In this document: piece after piece, positions 12,665 through 23,981 of the stretch
Layout: each line of letters starts with the position of its first letter
Numbering within the stretch: position 1 is the stretch's first letter
NCBI RefSeq assembly: GCF_041956535.1
Contig: NW_027192205.1
Span: 679,792 to 743,791 of the forward strand
Source: Calcarisporiella thermophila CBS 279.70
Taxonomy: Eukaryota; Fungi; Calcarisporiellomycota
Reading direction: 5' to 3'
Length of the DNA stretch: 64,000 bases
The notes under the pieces: generated by a model
The model's input: the letters and a program-made list of their open reading frames with translations, nothing else
What the model was told of the DNA's origin: nothing
The model's database searches: none
Translations under genes and position numbers: made by a program

Positions 12665-13658
12665 CTAGTCGTCCTTGGCCGAGGTAAGCAGGCTTAGGAT
12701 TTGCGCGCCCAGAGGATGGCTGGCCAGGGCCGAGGCATTAATGAGGTTGTTGATATGGCAGTGTTCGATGTGGTAACGCAGGCCATTCAAATTCTGAAAC
12801 AAGAAAGAAAGCGTGTGAATCCCTCATGGAGAAGTAGGGGAGAGAAGCGGGCGGGGGAGGCAAGCAGGGGCTCATTATTACCTTATAGCGCTTGCCGCAT
12901 TGGCCAAGCGTGCACCGATAGGGCTTCGACTCGCTTGCGTCATTCTCCTCTCCCGTGCAGTGGCCGTGCTGCTGATGGTATCGAAGGCCGTTGCTGTTTT
13001 TGTAGGTTTTGTCGCACCCCGGCATCCCGCACTTGTAGGGCTTGTCCTCCTCCTCGCCTCCTAGGCCGTACACGCCGGCCCCGCTCATGAAGCCGCCTTG
13101 CTTGAGCAAGTCTTCGAGGGCCTGGATGATCTGCGGCCACTCGCTCGTCACCGGCTCCTCCTCAGCGTCGAGCGACGGGAGCATTTCCAGAAGAATGCGC
13201 TTGGTGGGAGCGTGTTCACTCGCCTGCGAGTTGGCCCGCTTCCGCCCAATGCTGACCGCCTCGAACGTGGCCTCGGGCGCGCTGGGCTGCTCGGATTCGG
13301 CGAACGACGCGTGGTCGTCCTCGTAGCCAAAATCATCGTACCGCACGCCGCCGTACTCGTCGTAGTGGCATTCCTCGTAGTGGAACAACAGATCATGCAA
13401 ATCGTTGAGGGTGAGGCCGCAGCAGTGGAAATTGCGGCAGAACGAGGACTCGAGGTCGCGCGAATCACAGACATCCTCGGCATGCAGCGAGGTGGGGAAA
13501 TCATTCCAGCTATAGGGGGGAGGGCAGAGGTGCCGCGTTAGCGCCATTGCAAATCATCCAGCATCCAGCTCCTCGACTTACTCGATGGGCCCGCTCAGCC
13601 CGCTGAAGAGAAGGCTGTTTCTCCTTGCGCTTGGATTATACTCGACGGGAGCAGGCAT
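12665..13658 (-). CDS. SFP1: Sfp1-like C2H2 zinc-finger transcription factor; exons 13658-13582, 13509-12882, 12793-12665
   Basis: FCRNFHCCGLTLNDLHDLLFHYEECH, KPYKCGMPGCDKTYKNSNGLRYHQQHGHC, KPYRC..CGKRYKNLNGLRYH after splicing. Confidence 0.88.
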
Positions 13659-14667
13659 GGTGGAAGGGCGGCGATGGGATGGGAGCTTGACAGAGGCTGA
13701 GGCTGAGCTCGCGCGGCTATGGGCGTTGGGGTATAGGGCGGATGGGAAGAGACTGGAAGGTAGAGGCCAGCACCCGAGGGGAAGAACAAGAGAGGGGGCA
13801 GCGCTAAGGAGCAAAGGAATATAATGGCGGAGGAGTTTGAACGCCCGGGCATTTGGAGCGGATCTAATTTTTGAGATGAAGTGGCCGTGATTGGTGACAG
13901 TGACATGCACTTGAGGAGCGGAATTTCTTCAGCACAGATGCCACACACCGGGCAGATCCACCAAAAAAAGCTCTGCGCATTCTGCGCTCCCCTCTGCTGC
14001 GCGCGGAAAAATCTCGCGAGCGCGGCGCAGCCATGGATGAATGCCGCGCAGCGCACTCTCGAAAACAAAGACGTGCCCTCCCCTCATGAGGGCGAGCCGC
14101 GCGTGCGTGGGAGGGATGCTTCAGGAAGAGTGCCGTCATAGTGCTTTGCAAATAACGAAAATAAACGACTGAAATCCTTGGGTTGCCATTTGAGTAAGGA
14201 AAAACTATGGAACACACGTCCTAAGCGGTGCAACCATCAGACAGCAACCCTATTCGAAAAAGAAAAAGGGAAAATGACTAAAATAAGACTTAGTAGGAAG
14301 CGCAAGAGCCGAACCGAGAACCATACACCATGGGGGACAGGGACTAGAGGGCTTCGCACATGCCTCCAGTACCAAGCCGAGGGAAGTATCTTGACACTAT
14401 AGCACTAGTCATATGGCAACTAAGCCAACAAAAACTGCCCTAATTAGCCCTAAGAAAAAAAACTCGCAAAGCGGAATATTAGCGGCAAACTTTAGGCCGG
14501 TTAACCAGGAAAAAAAAATTGCTATACAGCATTTTAGGATGTAGTAATACACCGGACAAATACAAGCGGCAGAATATATTGGCTTACCTAAGTGAGGAAT
14601 AGAGATGATCCTGGTAAACCAAAAAAAAAACATCGGGTACACAGTGAACTAAAAAGTTGAAAAGATC

Positions 14668-14740
14668 TGCTTCGACTGAGAATCGAACTCAGGACCTTCT
14701 GCTTACTAGGCAGACGCTCTGCCAGCTGAGCCATCGAAGC
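14668..14740 (-). tRNA. tRNA-Thr (anticodon AGT)
   Basis: Reverse complement GCTTCGATGGCTCAGCTGGCAGAGCGTCTGCCT-AGT-AAGCAGAAGGTCCTGAGTTCGATTCTCAGTCGAAGCA folds as a cloverleaf with A and B boxes; T-run downstream. Confidence 0.97.
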
Positions 14741-14821
14741 AATTTTTCTGGTCGTTTTCACGGACGGTGAGCTTCACTGATTTTATTTAAATAAATATAT
14801 TTTAATATTTTGAGGATTTTT

Positions 14822-15757
14822 TTTTTCCCGCAATTGCAATAATTTTAATAATGTAACGATTATATTTTAGAGTCTTATCAAACAATAAAGACTCACTTTT
14901 GATCAAAAAAATTTTTCCGCAATAGCAAAAAAAAAAAAATAAAATATTGAAATTTAGTGATTTCGATTTTTGAAAAAAATGAATTACGCCCAAGCTCTCC
15001 AAAATGGAATCAACCATCGACAGCGCCCCTCCTTCGACCCGCCGATCAAGAGGGCATACTCGGTGAAGAACGCAGTTATCTTCAACTTCACCGGAATCGC
15101 CAATCGCGAAGATGGTTTTGCCGCGGTCGCCGACAAATTCGGTGACGCAATCATCGCTGTGGACGAAAATCTCCGGCGCGACATCGTGGAGATGGCGATC
15201 CAATTTAAAAAGGGTTTTGACTACCACGCTATTGTCGAGGAAGGTTTCGTGATTGGGGACAAGATTGTCCCCACACACCTGCTGTAAATTGTCAAAATCT
15301 AAGTTCCACCTTGCCACCTAACTATATCCCCACCCCTTTATTCCCCCTTTCTTTTTTCACTGTAATCATTAAACTCTTGTAAGCTACGGAAACTAATAAA
15401 AGTCTCCGTTGATTGATCAAAAAAAATTTCCCGTAATAGCTTCTTCCAAGAGCTTTGGTATAAGGGAAGTTGGATACAAGTCCAAGGAGACGAAATATCC
15501 TTCAACCAATATACATAGCTCCAATACGACTATGCCGAATACCCTATCACTCATATTCCAAGTTTCCTTTTCTTATTTTCTTTTCCTTCCTTCTCTCGTA
15601 TACCACCTTCCTTGGAAAATAGGATGGTATTCACCCTCTCTACCATTTCTTACATGGATTTCTTGTTTCTGATGACTATCGAGTCCCTTTATTAAGAAAC
15701 GAAAAAGGATACTTTTTAATAAAGATCCTCCTAACAAAAAAACTGCAATAGCTTCTT
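14822..15757 (+). mobile_element. Stacked truncated non-LTR (L1/Tx1-like) retroelement fragments upstream of the tRNA
   Basis: Three AATAAA...poly(A) 3' ends (ending about 14911, 15426, 15742), each followed by a CCGCAATAGC-like motif that also occurs at 14822-14837. Confidence 0.6.
14979..15287 (+). pseudogene. Truncated gag/ORF1-like N-terminus of a non-LTR retroelement
   Basis: MNYAQAL... start and AVIFNF...IIAV...VEMAI pattern reminiscent of fungal LINE ORF1; GC-richer than its flanks; followed by a pyrimidine-rich UTR and poly(A). Confidence 0.45.
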
Positions 15758-16609
15758 ATGATGCCTTGCTCCTAATAATACTTAACTCTTCTTTAAAGCT
15801 TCATAGTAACATTAAGACACGTTAGCTATATTGTAATTAAAGTCTAAAGACGACTCAAGTGCACTTGGAATCCATTTTCTGTATCTCTTAATTGTTCTCA
15901 CCTTCACTTGCTGCTTTGCTGAAGTAACTGGACAAGATGTCGGTATGGGACGGTTATATTTAAGTTCGTGAAGGGCTGAAGCGGTGTATATAAGGTATGT
16001 AAACAGAAGTTTGCTCTTGCACTTTGCTCACGGATTAGTTTGGACGTTGCAGCTAAAATGGGAGTAAGTGTAAGTGGTCACCCTTATAACACACTCGTCA
16101 AGCTATCCATTGAACATATATATTTATCACTTTATTTATGGGAAATTTCTCAATAGCCTCTTCGTACACTCAAACTTTTAATAAAAAGGCTCGCTTACAG
16201 GCTAGGTGTCTGGAGAGTAAATGTTGAATTTATAGTGATAAATGATGCTATCAATTCTTCTCACTCTAACCCAGTCTTTAAACAGAGGGCCGCATTAGGG
16301 AACGACCTCTAACGGTTTAGCTAACCATCCAATTCTGGGGTATATTTGTTGCACCCTGTTCTTCTTTTGTTCAGTATAGGTCGACTTCTCATACGATCCA
16401 AAACTTGAAGTCATGAGCAACAAAGGCGACCACAGTTACATATGACTTCAAGAGTGAATTACAGTTGGGTTTGAAAAATCCCGCTGTTTGGGGAAAAAAT
16501 GGAGTGGATAGGAGGATAAACAGCCAGATAACCTCACTACCGAAGCAAAGATAGCCACAATAGTACATTTATTTATCATGAAGGAAGGGGTATAGCATCG
16601 ATATTTATC

Positions 16610-18731
16610 TCAGCTGCTGGTTGCTGCCCTTTTTTTCCGCCAGTAGTTTGCCCAAAAGTTTTTTCCTTTCTTATTTGTCCATGGGTTTCTTTTCGCTGCG
16701 CGTTTTTCTGGACTCTTCTCGTCGCTGACACGATTGGACTTTCTCCGCCTGGATGGCTTGGTTTTCTTTACGGAAGCTCTGGATAAAGTGGAGGGAGAGG
16801 GTGGATCCGGTTCAAGGGGAAGAGCGGGGAATTCGTCCACTCCTTGGGTTGGGGGTGGAAGTGATTCGGGTGGTAAATTCGGAAATAGCTCTGTCTCTTC
16901 GTCTGGCTCCGAAGGGGCGTCATTTTTTCGCCGTCTCCGCTTTCTGGAGGGCTCAAATTGGAGGAAATATTTCGCGACAGAGGCATCTGCTTTATGATCG
17001 TTTAAGTTAAAGAAATCCTCCAGGGGTGACAAATATTCTTCTTCTCCTTCTCCTTCTTCATTGTCTTTAGAGCTCTCAATGTCTTCACACCCAAACTCCC
17101 TCTCATCCTCTGACACAAGTTCTAGGAATGTCCCGAGTTGGTAATCGCTTATTTCAGTGGATAACGCGTTTGGCGGCTCGGCAGGCGCAGAATCATTAGG
17201 AGGGTGAGTAGATGGTTTAGGCGTGCCGTGTTCCTGAGTCTGAGTGAACTCGCGGATGCTCTCGGGAGAAGCGTTTTCCTGTGACAACGGATAGAAGTAG
17301 TCCGTGATGCTGGCTCCATGAATCCGCTGTCGCTCTACATTTGTCTCCGATTTGTCCGTCGGATCTGGGGATGGAGGGGGAAGCAGGTGGCGCGGGAGTG
17401 TAGGTACGGGTAGTAGGGTAAGAGCTCGCTGCTTTCCCTCCACCAGTAACGGTTTTCTCTTACTTTCAGCCAACCTGGGGGACTCTTCTTCAGAAATAGC
17501 ATTCTGAGGCGATCTGGTCTGTTCGTTCGGTGTTACTGGAACCCAAGTGTGATATTGCCGCGGTAAGGGGGGTAGAGGCAAAAATTCGTCCGATTCATTT
17601 GCAAGAGTTTTAAGGTGATCACCCTCGCTGGGATTTTCCACACTTGGGTTAGTGGGAGACATAGTCTCCGCCTTATCTCTATCAGCTATACGTCTTTTGT
17701 TGTATATGGAATAGGTGGAGGGTTTGGTAGAGATGGATGGAAGTGAGGGCGCTACCTTCTTTTCTGGGCGTGTGCATTTAGAAGAACGCGTAGGGGATGT
17801 GGGAAGGGTATGCGAGGTTCGAATAGCCAGTGCTACTTGGAAGCATAATGAACAGCGTTTCAACATTAAATATAGACTAGAGCCAATGTATATACGTACC
17901 TGATTTTGAACCATCTTCTTCTGTATCGCTGAAATCCGAAATGTCCTCTGTATTTGCCGTTAATTCTATCTTCATTGAGGGCCCACATGGCTGCATGGCA
18001 CGAACTCGTGGTATCTTGGAGGTAGTTGCCGCGACTAAATTGTTTCTATTTGAGTGCAGCCCGTGAATTTCCTCTTCTTCATCCGATATTAAGGTCACCG
18101 CGATTCTGTGATTAGGCGGAGGGGTGAAATATTTATCCTTGAGTGTGCGTGAGAACCTATCAGTGGATTCTCCGGTGGATTGGCAAATCGGCAGGGAATG
18201 TTGGCGTAAGGGTTCTGATTCTGTATTCACGCATGTCTCACTTTCACTCAAGTGAATTGCCTGGATTGGTGGAGATTGCCCCGGGCAAGACGATGCATGG
18301 TTCTCGATCACATTGCGCGGGAAAAATTTAAAGCAAAGTGGACACTCTACACTATCCATAGCTTCTACAATTTCTCCATTTTTTCCGTTCTTTGACTCGC
18401 TCTTCCTACCCTTCATTGGAGCCTTACGTTTGCCTGTCGAATTTTTCGATCCTGTACTTATTACACTTGGGGAAGATTCGCACGATGTGTGTTCCTTTGT
18501 TGTTAGCGCATTCTTATTATGAGTCTGTGGCTTCATTTCTCCTTTTCTAGTTCGTTTAGCGCGCGTTGCAACACTTGGAGACATGGTTTTAGGAATTTGG
18601 ATTGATGTGATTGAACTCCTAGGATCTATAATCGGGACTAAATCATCTTCCGAATCATAGCGAATGCTGCGCAAGGAGGTTGTTTGTGTCATATCCAATT
18701 GCTTGGATGAACCGGCGCGTGATCCGGTCAT
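16610..18731 (-). CDS. Disordered nuclear protein with a UBZ4/Rad18-type zinc finger; one intron about 17899-17833
   Basis: CPLCFKFFPRNVIENHASSC; the two long ORFs are joined by a phase-1 GTACGT...AG intron; basic NLS-like clusters. Confidence 0.75.
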
Positions 18732-19469
18732 TATCTGCTCATACTACGGTACCTTGACTCGTTACAAGGGAGTACTTAATGTGTTTGGTGGCGAGTTTGG
18801 AATTTTATTTTCACTGTTCAAATTATACCTCAAATTTCTAGTTAGTGGATAAAATTTCACACTTGAAATAAATAAGTGCTCTTATTTTAACAATTCGACA
18901 ACATTTGCTTCATTTATTCCACTCGCGCTCCTCTCCCTCCTTTCCTAATAGCCTCATATATGGAATTGTTTAATTATTTTATGTTAGTCGTTAGTTTAGC
19001 CTTCGTTATCAATATACATAATATGGTTGGCCCTCTTTCTCTCACGGGTTGCTTTACTCATTTTGTGGTTGCAATAGGGGCAGCCTATTGAGACTCTAAC
19101 ATTCCTCAAGAGTTCCTCATATTTATTTAAATTGTGTATATTTCGCTCAGCTAACTTGCGACATATTATGATTTGGAGAGAGCGGCTTTTGGTACAGTTT
19201 ATAACTATCAATTCTCACAATAAGAAGTGATCTGTTTAATGCAGATAGTGAATACATTCATAAGTCTTTTAGTTCAGTTGTTGTCTCCTAAGCCCGGCTC
19301 ATGCTATCTCTCCAATAATTGTCATTAAAATGAATATAGAGATAGCTTCGTTGGGGATGGCAAGATATAGAGTGAGAGCCGAGGTTTCCAATTCGAGTTC
19401 AGCTTTTGTGACTTTGAAATATTTCAATAACATGTCTAAATATGCAATTTATGAAAGGGTTCATTCGAG

Positions 19470-20871
19470 ATGAATTTTCGACGATGGGGATATTTGGCCC
19501 TCTCGCGGGTTACTTACTACCAATCGGTTGCATCATATACTCTTAAAATAAATAATTGTGTGAATTATGCCTCTCATGCTCGGAGCTTCTCTCAAAAGAG
19601 TAACAGGTAAAGAAATAGAATATCTCGTGTTTTCTAGGCAGAAAATTTCAGAATAATGTTGGTTAATGTAAATAGACAGGATAAACATATAGATTACCTC
19701 TATGGGCACACAGTTGCAATTCCAGCGCTTGAACAGGGTCGGCGTGCTATTCATGAACTTCTCTTGTTTGAGGGGAAAGCTCATTTAAAGAAAGAAAAGT
19801 AAGTTGGTGTTAATTTCATAATGACATGCTTGAACATAGACCTGAATTATTGGTCTAGAAATATCATCGAGAAAATTGTCAATCTTGCCAAGGAGAAGGG
19901 GATACCCATTATTAAAACAGATAAAGGCGAGCTTAATAATCTTACAAATAACCGCCCGCATCAAGTAGGATATTTTCCATGAAGAGTATAATATCAAGGT
20001 TTTAAGAGAGCGGGTATATTTCTTTTAGGGTGTTGTACTCAAAGCATCTCCTCTAAAGTCAACACCAATACAATTTCTTGGGAAAATAGAGAGGACAAAG
20101 TAAATATTCTCATCTCTCTTTCTGGTGTAAGGATGGCGGGCTAAATTTGTGCATTTTTTTATTAGTTACATTACTCATGGTGTTGAGGAGCACGAGTTTA
20201 CGATGCCAGAAGTAGGGCAGCCACTCTGGCTAGCGTTGGATGAGATTCAGGACCCTCAAAACTTGGGTGCTATACTAAGGTGCGTGCATCTTTTCTAATG
20301 TTTAAATTGGGCTTTATACCTCCTCTTTTCGTCTCTTCTTTCTCACTTTTATTTATTTTAGGACAGCACACTTTTTTGGAATAGACGGTATTGTGATATG
20401 TTCCAAAAACAGGTATGCACAACTCTATAAACTGGTTCATTATGGAGCAAGCACTTATTGCTGTGGATTTTTAGTGCACCACTGAGCCCAGTCGTTTCGA
20501 AAGCAAGTGCGGGGGCACTGGAGGTCATGTCACTCCATCATACGAAGAGCCTGCTTCAATTTCTGTCTCGCTCTGCCGAGCAAGGATGGACTATTGTTGG
20601 TGCCATGGCGCCGCCTGCCACTTTTCCAAACCAAAGTAATGCAGGATCTGATAAAAACCCGTTGCCTTTAAATCAGTTTAGTAAGAGTACCTCAAAGCCA
20701 CTCATTCTTGTCATGGGCAACGAGGGAAAGGGGCTACGACCACTTGTAAGACGGCTTTGTTCGCAGCAAGTCTTTATTCCGCATTTAAACCCACGCTCTG
20801 AATCTTTAAATGTGAGCGTTGCCACGGGCATATTGATACATGGTCTATTGCAGGAGAGGTTGGGAAGCTAG
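19470..20871 (+). CDS. MRM1: Mitochondrial rRNA methyltransferase 1 (SpoU/TrmH family), multi-exon; start inferred
   Basis: Exons give YLYGHTVAIPAL, NRPHQ-GVVL, LALDEIQDPQNLGAILR-TAHFFG, SAPLSPVVSKASAGALE, LVMGNEGKGLR, ESLNVSVATGI. Confidence 0.88.
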
Positions 20872-21134
20872 AGTGTCCACATTTTTTGTGAACTATTTTA
20901 AGATATTTCAAGTTTGTCTTTATAGATTTCATAAGCAACTTTGTTTATTTCAATTCTACAGATATTGGGATTAATGAGGGAAGGTTGTAGCGTAAGAGAA
21001 AGAGGCCGCAGCAAAAGGCAGAGAAAGATAAGAGGGAGGAAAAGAATGACGGAATAAAGTATGAAAGAAACACAATTCAACAAGTATATATATGTGAAAG
21101 AGGAATAAATAACCTTGAGCATATAAATATGACT

Positions 21135-22132
21135 TTATTTACCACATCGTCTACCATCTCGCTCTTTGCACTCATCTACAAGACAGTAAGCGGGTGAGTA
21201 TCCGCATGCCATCCCAGGGTTTCTTAGATCTGGATTCGGTTCCGTGTTGTCAGTACCGCCTAGTGAAGTATAGCCCAAGTCATAGAGTTTGCAGTATGGG
21301 ACTCTGAGGGTAAGCAGGAACTCCCAAATTTGCTGATACTGCCAATCGACTATGGGATGAACACGCATGCAGGAAGGCCAGTCTTCGTCGGTAGGAACGA
21401 AGGCTGTCAAGTGTTTACCATGGGGATCGTTTCGCCTGGTGCCAACCAGCACAGCTTTAATACCCGGCCGAGCCTCAAAATATCGTTGCAGGGCTGGTTT
21501 CATTGGGCCGGGGATGCGCACCAGATCTAGGCCGTAGCGTTGCACCGTTTCCTTCACAAAGGATTCAACCTCATCAAACTGATTTGGGTGGGTGACATAG
21601 AGACCATGTATGAACTCTATATTTGAGCCGTGTAAACGATATAGAACGGCGGCAAAAAGATGCAGGAGGACAGTGCAGTCCTTGCCACCGTTAAATGATA
21701 TGATCAATCCATCCACCCTGCAAGAGCCAATTTCAGGTTAGTAGAGAAGAATACATTGTGCATATATAGGTGACAGACCCATAACGCCGTACTGCTTCTT
21801 CTATAATAAATAATGCCTCGCGGACTCGTCCAGCGATTGGCTTATCTGATAATGCGAGGGCGTATACCTCCTCTTCCACTTTAGCAAGATCCAATAGTCG
21901 AGGGGCTTGTGCTACACAGGCTACACGGCCTTCTTTCTCATTATTGAGTGAATGCCATCGTACTTCGCTATTCAAAGTCGGTGATTTATTTGAAGTACCG
22001 GAAATTGTCTTAAGCGTTGCGGGAAGAGAGATATCTGGAGGATGATTTTGATTACTGAGAGGGTTGCAATAATCACAAATTGGTCAGTTCGCGAGACATG
22101 ACAGCTGAGGGTTCAGTTGTGGACTTACCCAT
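21135..22132 (-). CDS. FAD1: FAD synthase (FMN adenylyltransferase, PAPS-reductase family); 3 exons
   Basis: ISFNGGKDCTVLLHL, GTRRNDPHG, RVHPIVDW, YCKLYDLGYTSLG, ERDGR; first micro-exon ATGG|GTAAGT. Confidence 0.9.
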
Positions 22133-22426
22133 TGTTTAGTGCCGAGTGGTGTTCTAATGTCATGATATAAATGTATTTTAAATAAAATAAAGTGGTAAGG
22201 GCACAATCACGGGGAAGAGTTTTGGAGAGGCTCTTGAGAGGGGATGTGTAATATTATCATAAGATGAAGGGTTCGACTCTACCCCCTCATTGGAATTGCT
22301 GCGCCACTTACTACTAAACGATACGTGGAGTTAGTTGACTCGTGTCCACAATATTAAAAGCTTTATATTTCGCCTTGTGGAAAGATTAAAACCATCGGAG
22401 CTCATCATAACCCCATCACAACTCCA

Positions 22427-23501
22427 ATGGCACAACAACCAATACACTCCGTACTTTTTGATAATCCCGACTATGACCAATCGCATGCAGCAGGGCAAGG
22501 TGTCGAAGATCTACAATTTTATCAGACAACTTATGCTGAGGGGAACTATGGTTATGCCCCGCAGATGATGGCTTCAGGATATGAGGGCCAGCGGGAAGTA
22601 GGGGCAAGTTCGGGAAGTTTCTGGTCTGCATTTGGGACGGGTGGCTTTGCAGATGAGCCGCCGCTATTAGAGGGTAATCACAAAAAAAGCACCCGATCTA
22701 TTACGTGCTTGTTAATATCTCAGTTAATATATAGAGCTTGGCATCAATTTCAGTCATATCCAGGGCAAGGTAAGATTCATTTTATTCATGTATTCGTGAT
22801 CCCTAGTTTTCGCATTCCTGCGATGTTTAATGCCCCTTTTTGGTCCCCTTCCAGAGTCTTGCGGTGCTGAATCCACTTCGTACTGTGGATAGACATATAA
22901 TGGACGATGCGGACTTGGCAGGGCCTCTGCTCTTTTGTTTTCTATACGGCATGTTCCTTCTATTGGTAAGATCCTTATGCAACTCCTTCGTAGTCAAAGT
23001 GACTAGCTAAAAGTTTCTCTTCTTGCCCGGCCACTGCCTTGTATTATTTAGTCCGGAAAGCCCCATTTTGGTTATATCTATGGCGTGGCAATGCTCGGTT
23101 GTTTCTCACTCTACCTAATTCTTAATCTAATGAGCGAGATGCCCATCGAAGGTTACCGAGTGGCGAGCGTGCTTGGATATTGCATGCTACCGATGGTGAT
23201 TCTAAGCGGATTGGGAGTCATATTCCAACTTGAGTAAGTCGGATATTCCTCCGTATTTGGTGCAATTCTATTCATAAGATCAAAGCTATAACCTTAAAAT
23301 ATTTCTCTTGATATCAGCGGCAATCTGGGCTTCTGCTTCACGTTCGCGGCAGTGGCGTGGTGTACCTTTGCCGCAAGCGGCATGTTTGTCAGCGTGCAGC
23401 AGATGAGCGAGCAGCGAGGACTTGTAGCATATCCGGTTGGCCTCTTCTATACGTGCTTCGCACTGATGGCCATGTTCACAAACACACCGACGGTGAAATA
23501 G
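22427..23501 (+). CDS. YIP1: Yip1-domain Golgi/ER trafficking protein (YIPF5-like), multi-exon
   Basis: DEPPLLEELGINF, IMDDADLAGPLLFC, GKPHFGYIYG, VASVLGYCMLP, LVAYPVGLFY. Confidence 0.92.
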
Positions 23502-23981
23502 GGGAAGAGGGGCAACTTGATCTGGCGGTGGCTGTTGTTCCGATTCCGTTGTATAATAAACTTATTAAATGTGAAAAACAAGGAAAAAACCCTCTCTATA
23601 TAGCCCTTGTCTGTGTTCCGCTTTAAATTGAATCATAATGATTGCAGCTTCCGGCCATATGAACCTTGTTTAGGTTTTACGCACATCCGGCTGTCGTCAC
23701 TGATCTGGAAAAGGCCCTTCCGATTTGTCGTGGAAAATCTAAATGGCCGGACACTCGGGGCTGGCTGGGCCTTAATCAGATTACATTGAATAAGGAAACA
23801 GGTGATTTCTAAGATTCAATTGAAGAATGGGAATTTTATTTGGGGTGGTGGTGTTTGAGTGGTCCAAGAAATTTACATATTTTTGTTTCCTTCCCCTCTT
23901 CCTCAACTTGTCTCTTCGGCTTTTCAGCTGCCATTACATCTCATCTGCTTCGTATTTGTTCTTCTTCCTGTGCGTGTGAAC

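Noticed and set aside
14822-15757. Repeated motif with unique spacers as a CRISPR-like array
   Set aside because: Eukaryotic context, only 10-15-bp degenerate repeats, spacers of 75-500 bp ending in poly(A), and no cas genes; TSDs explain it better
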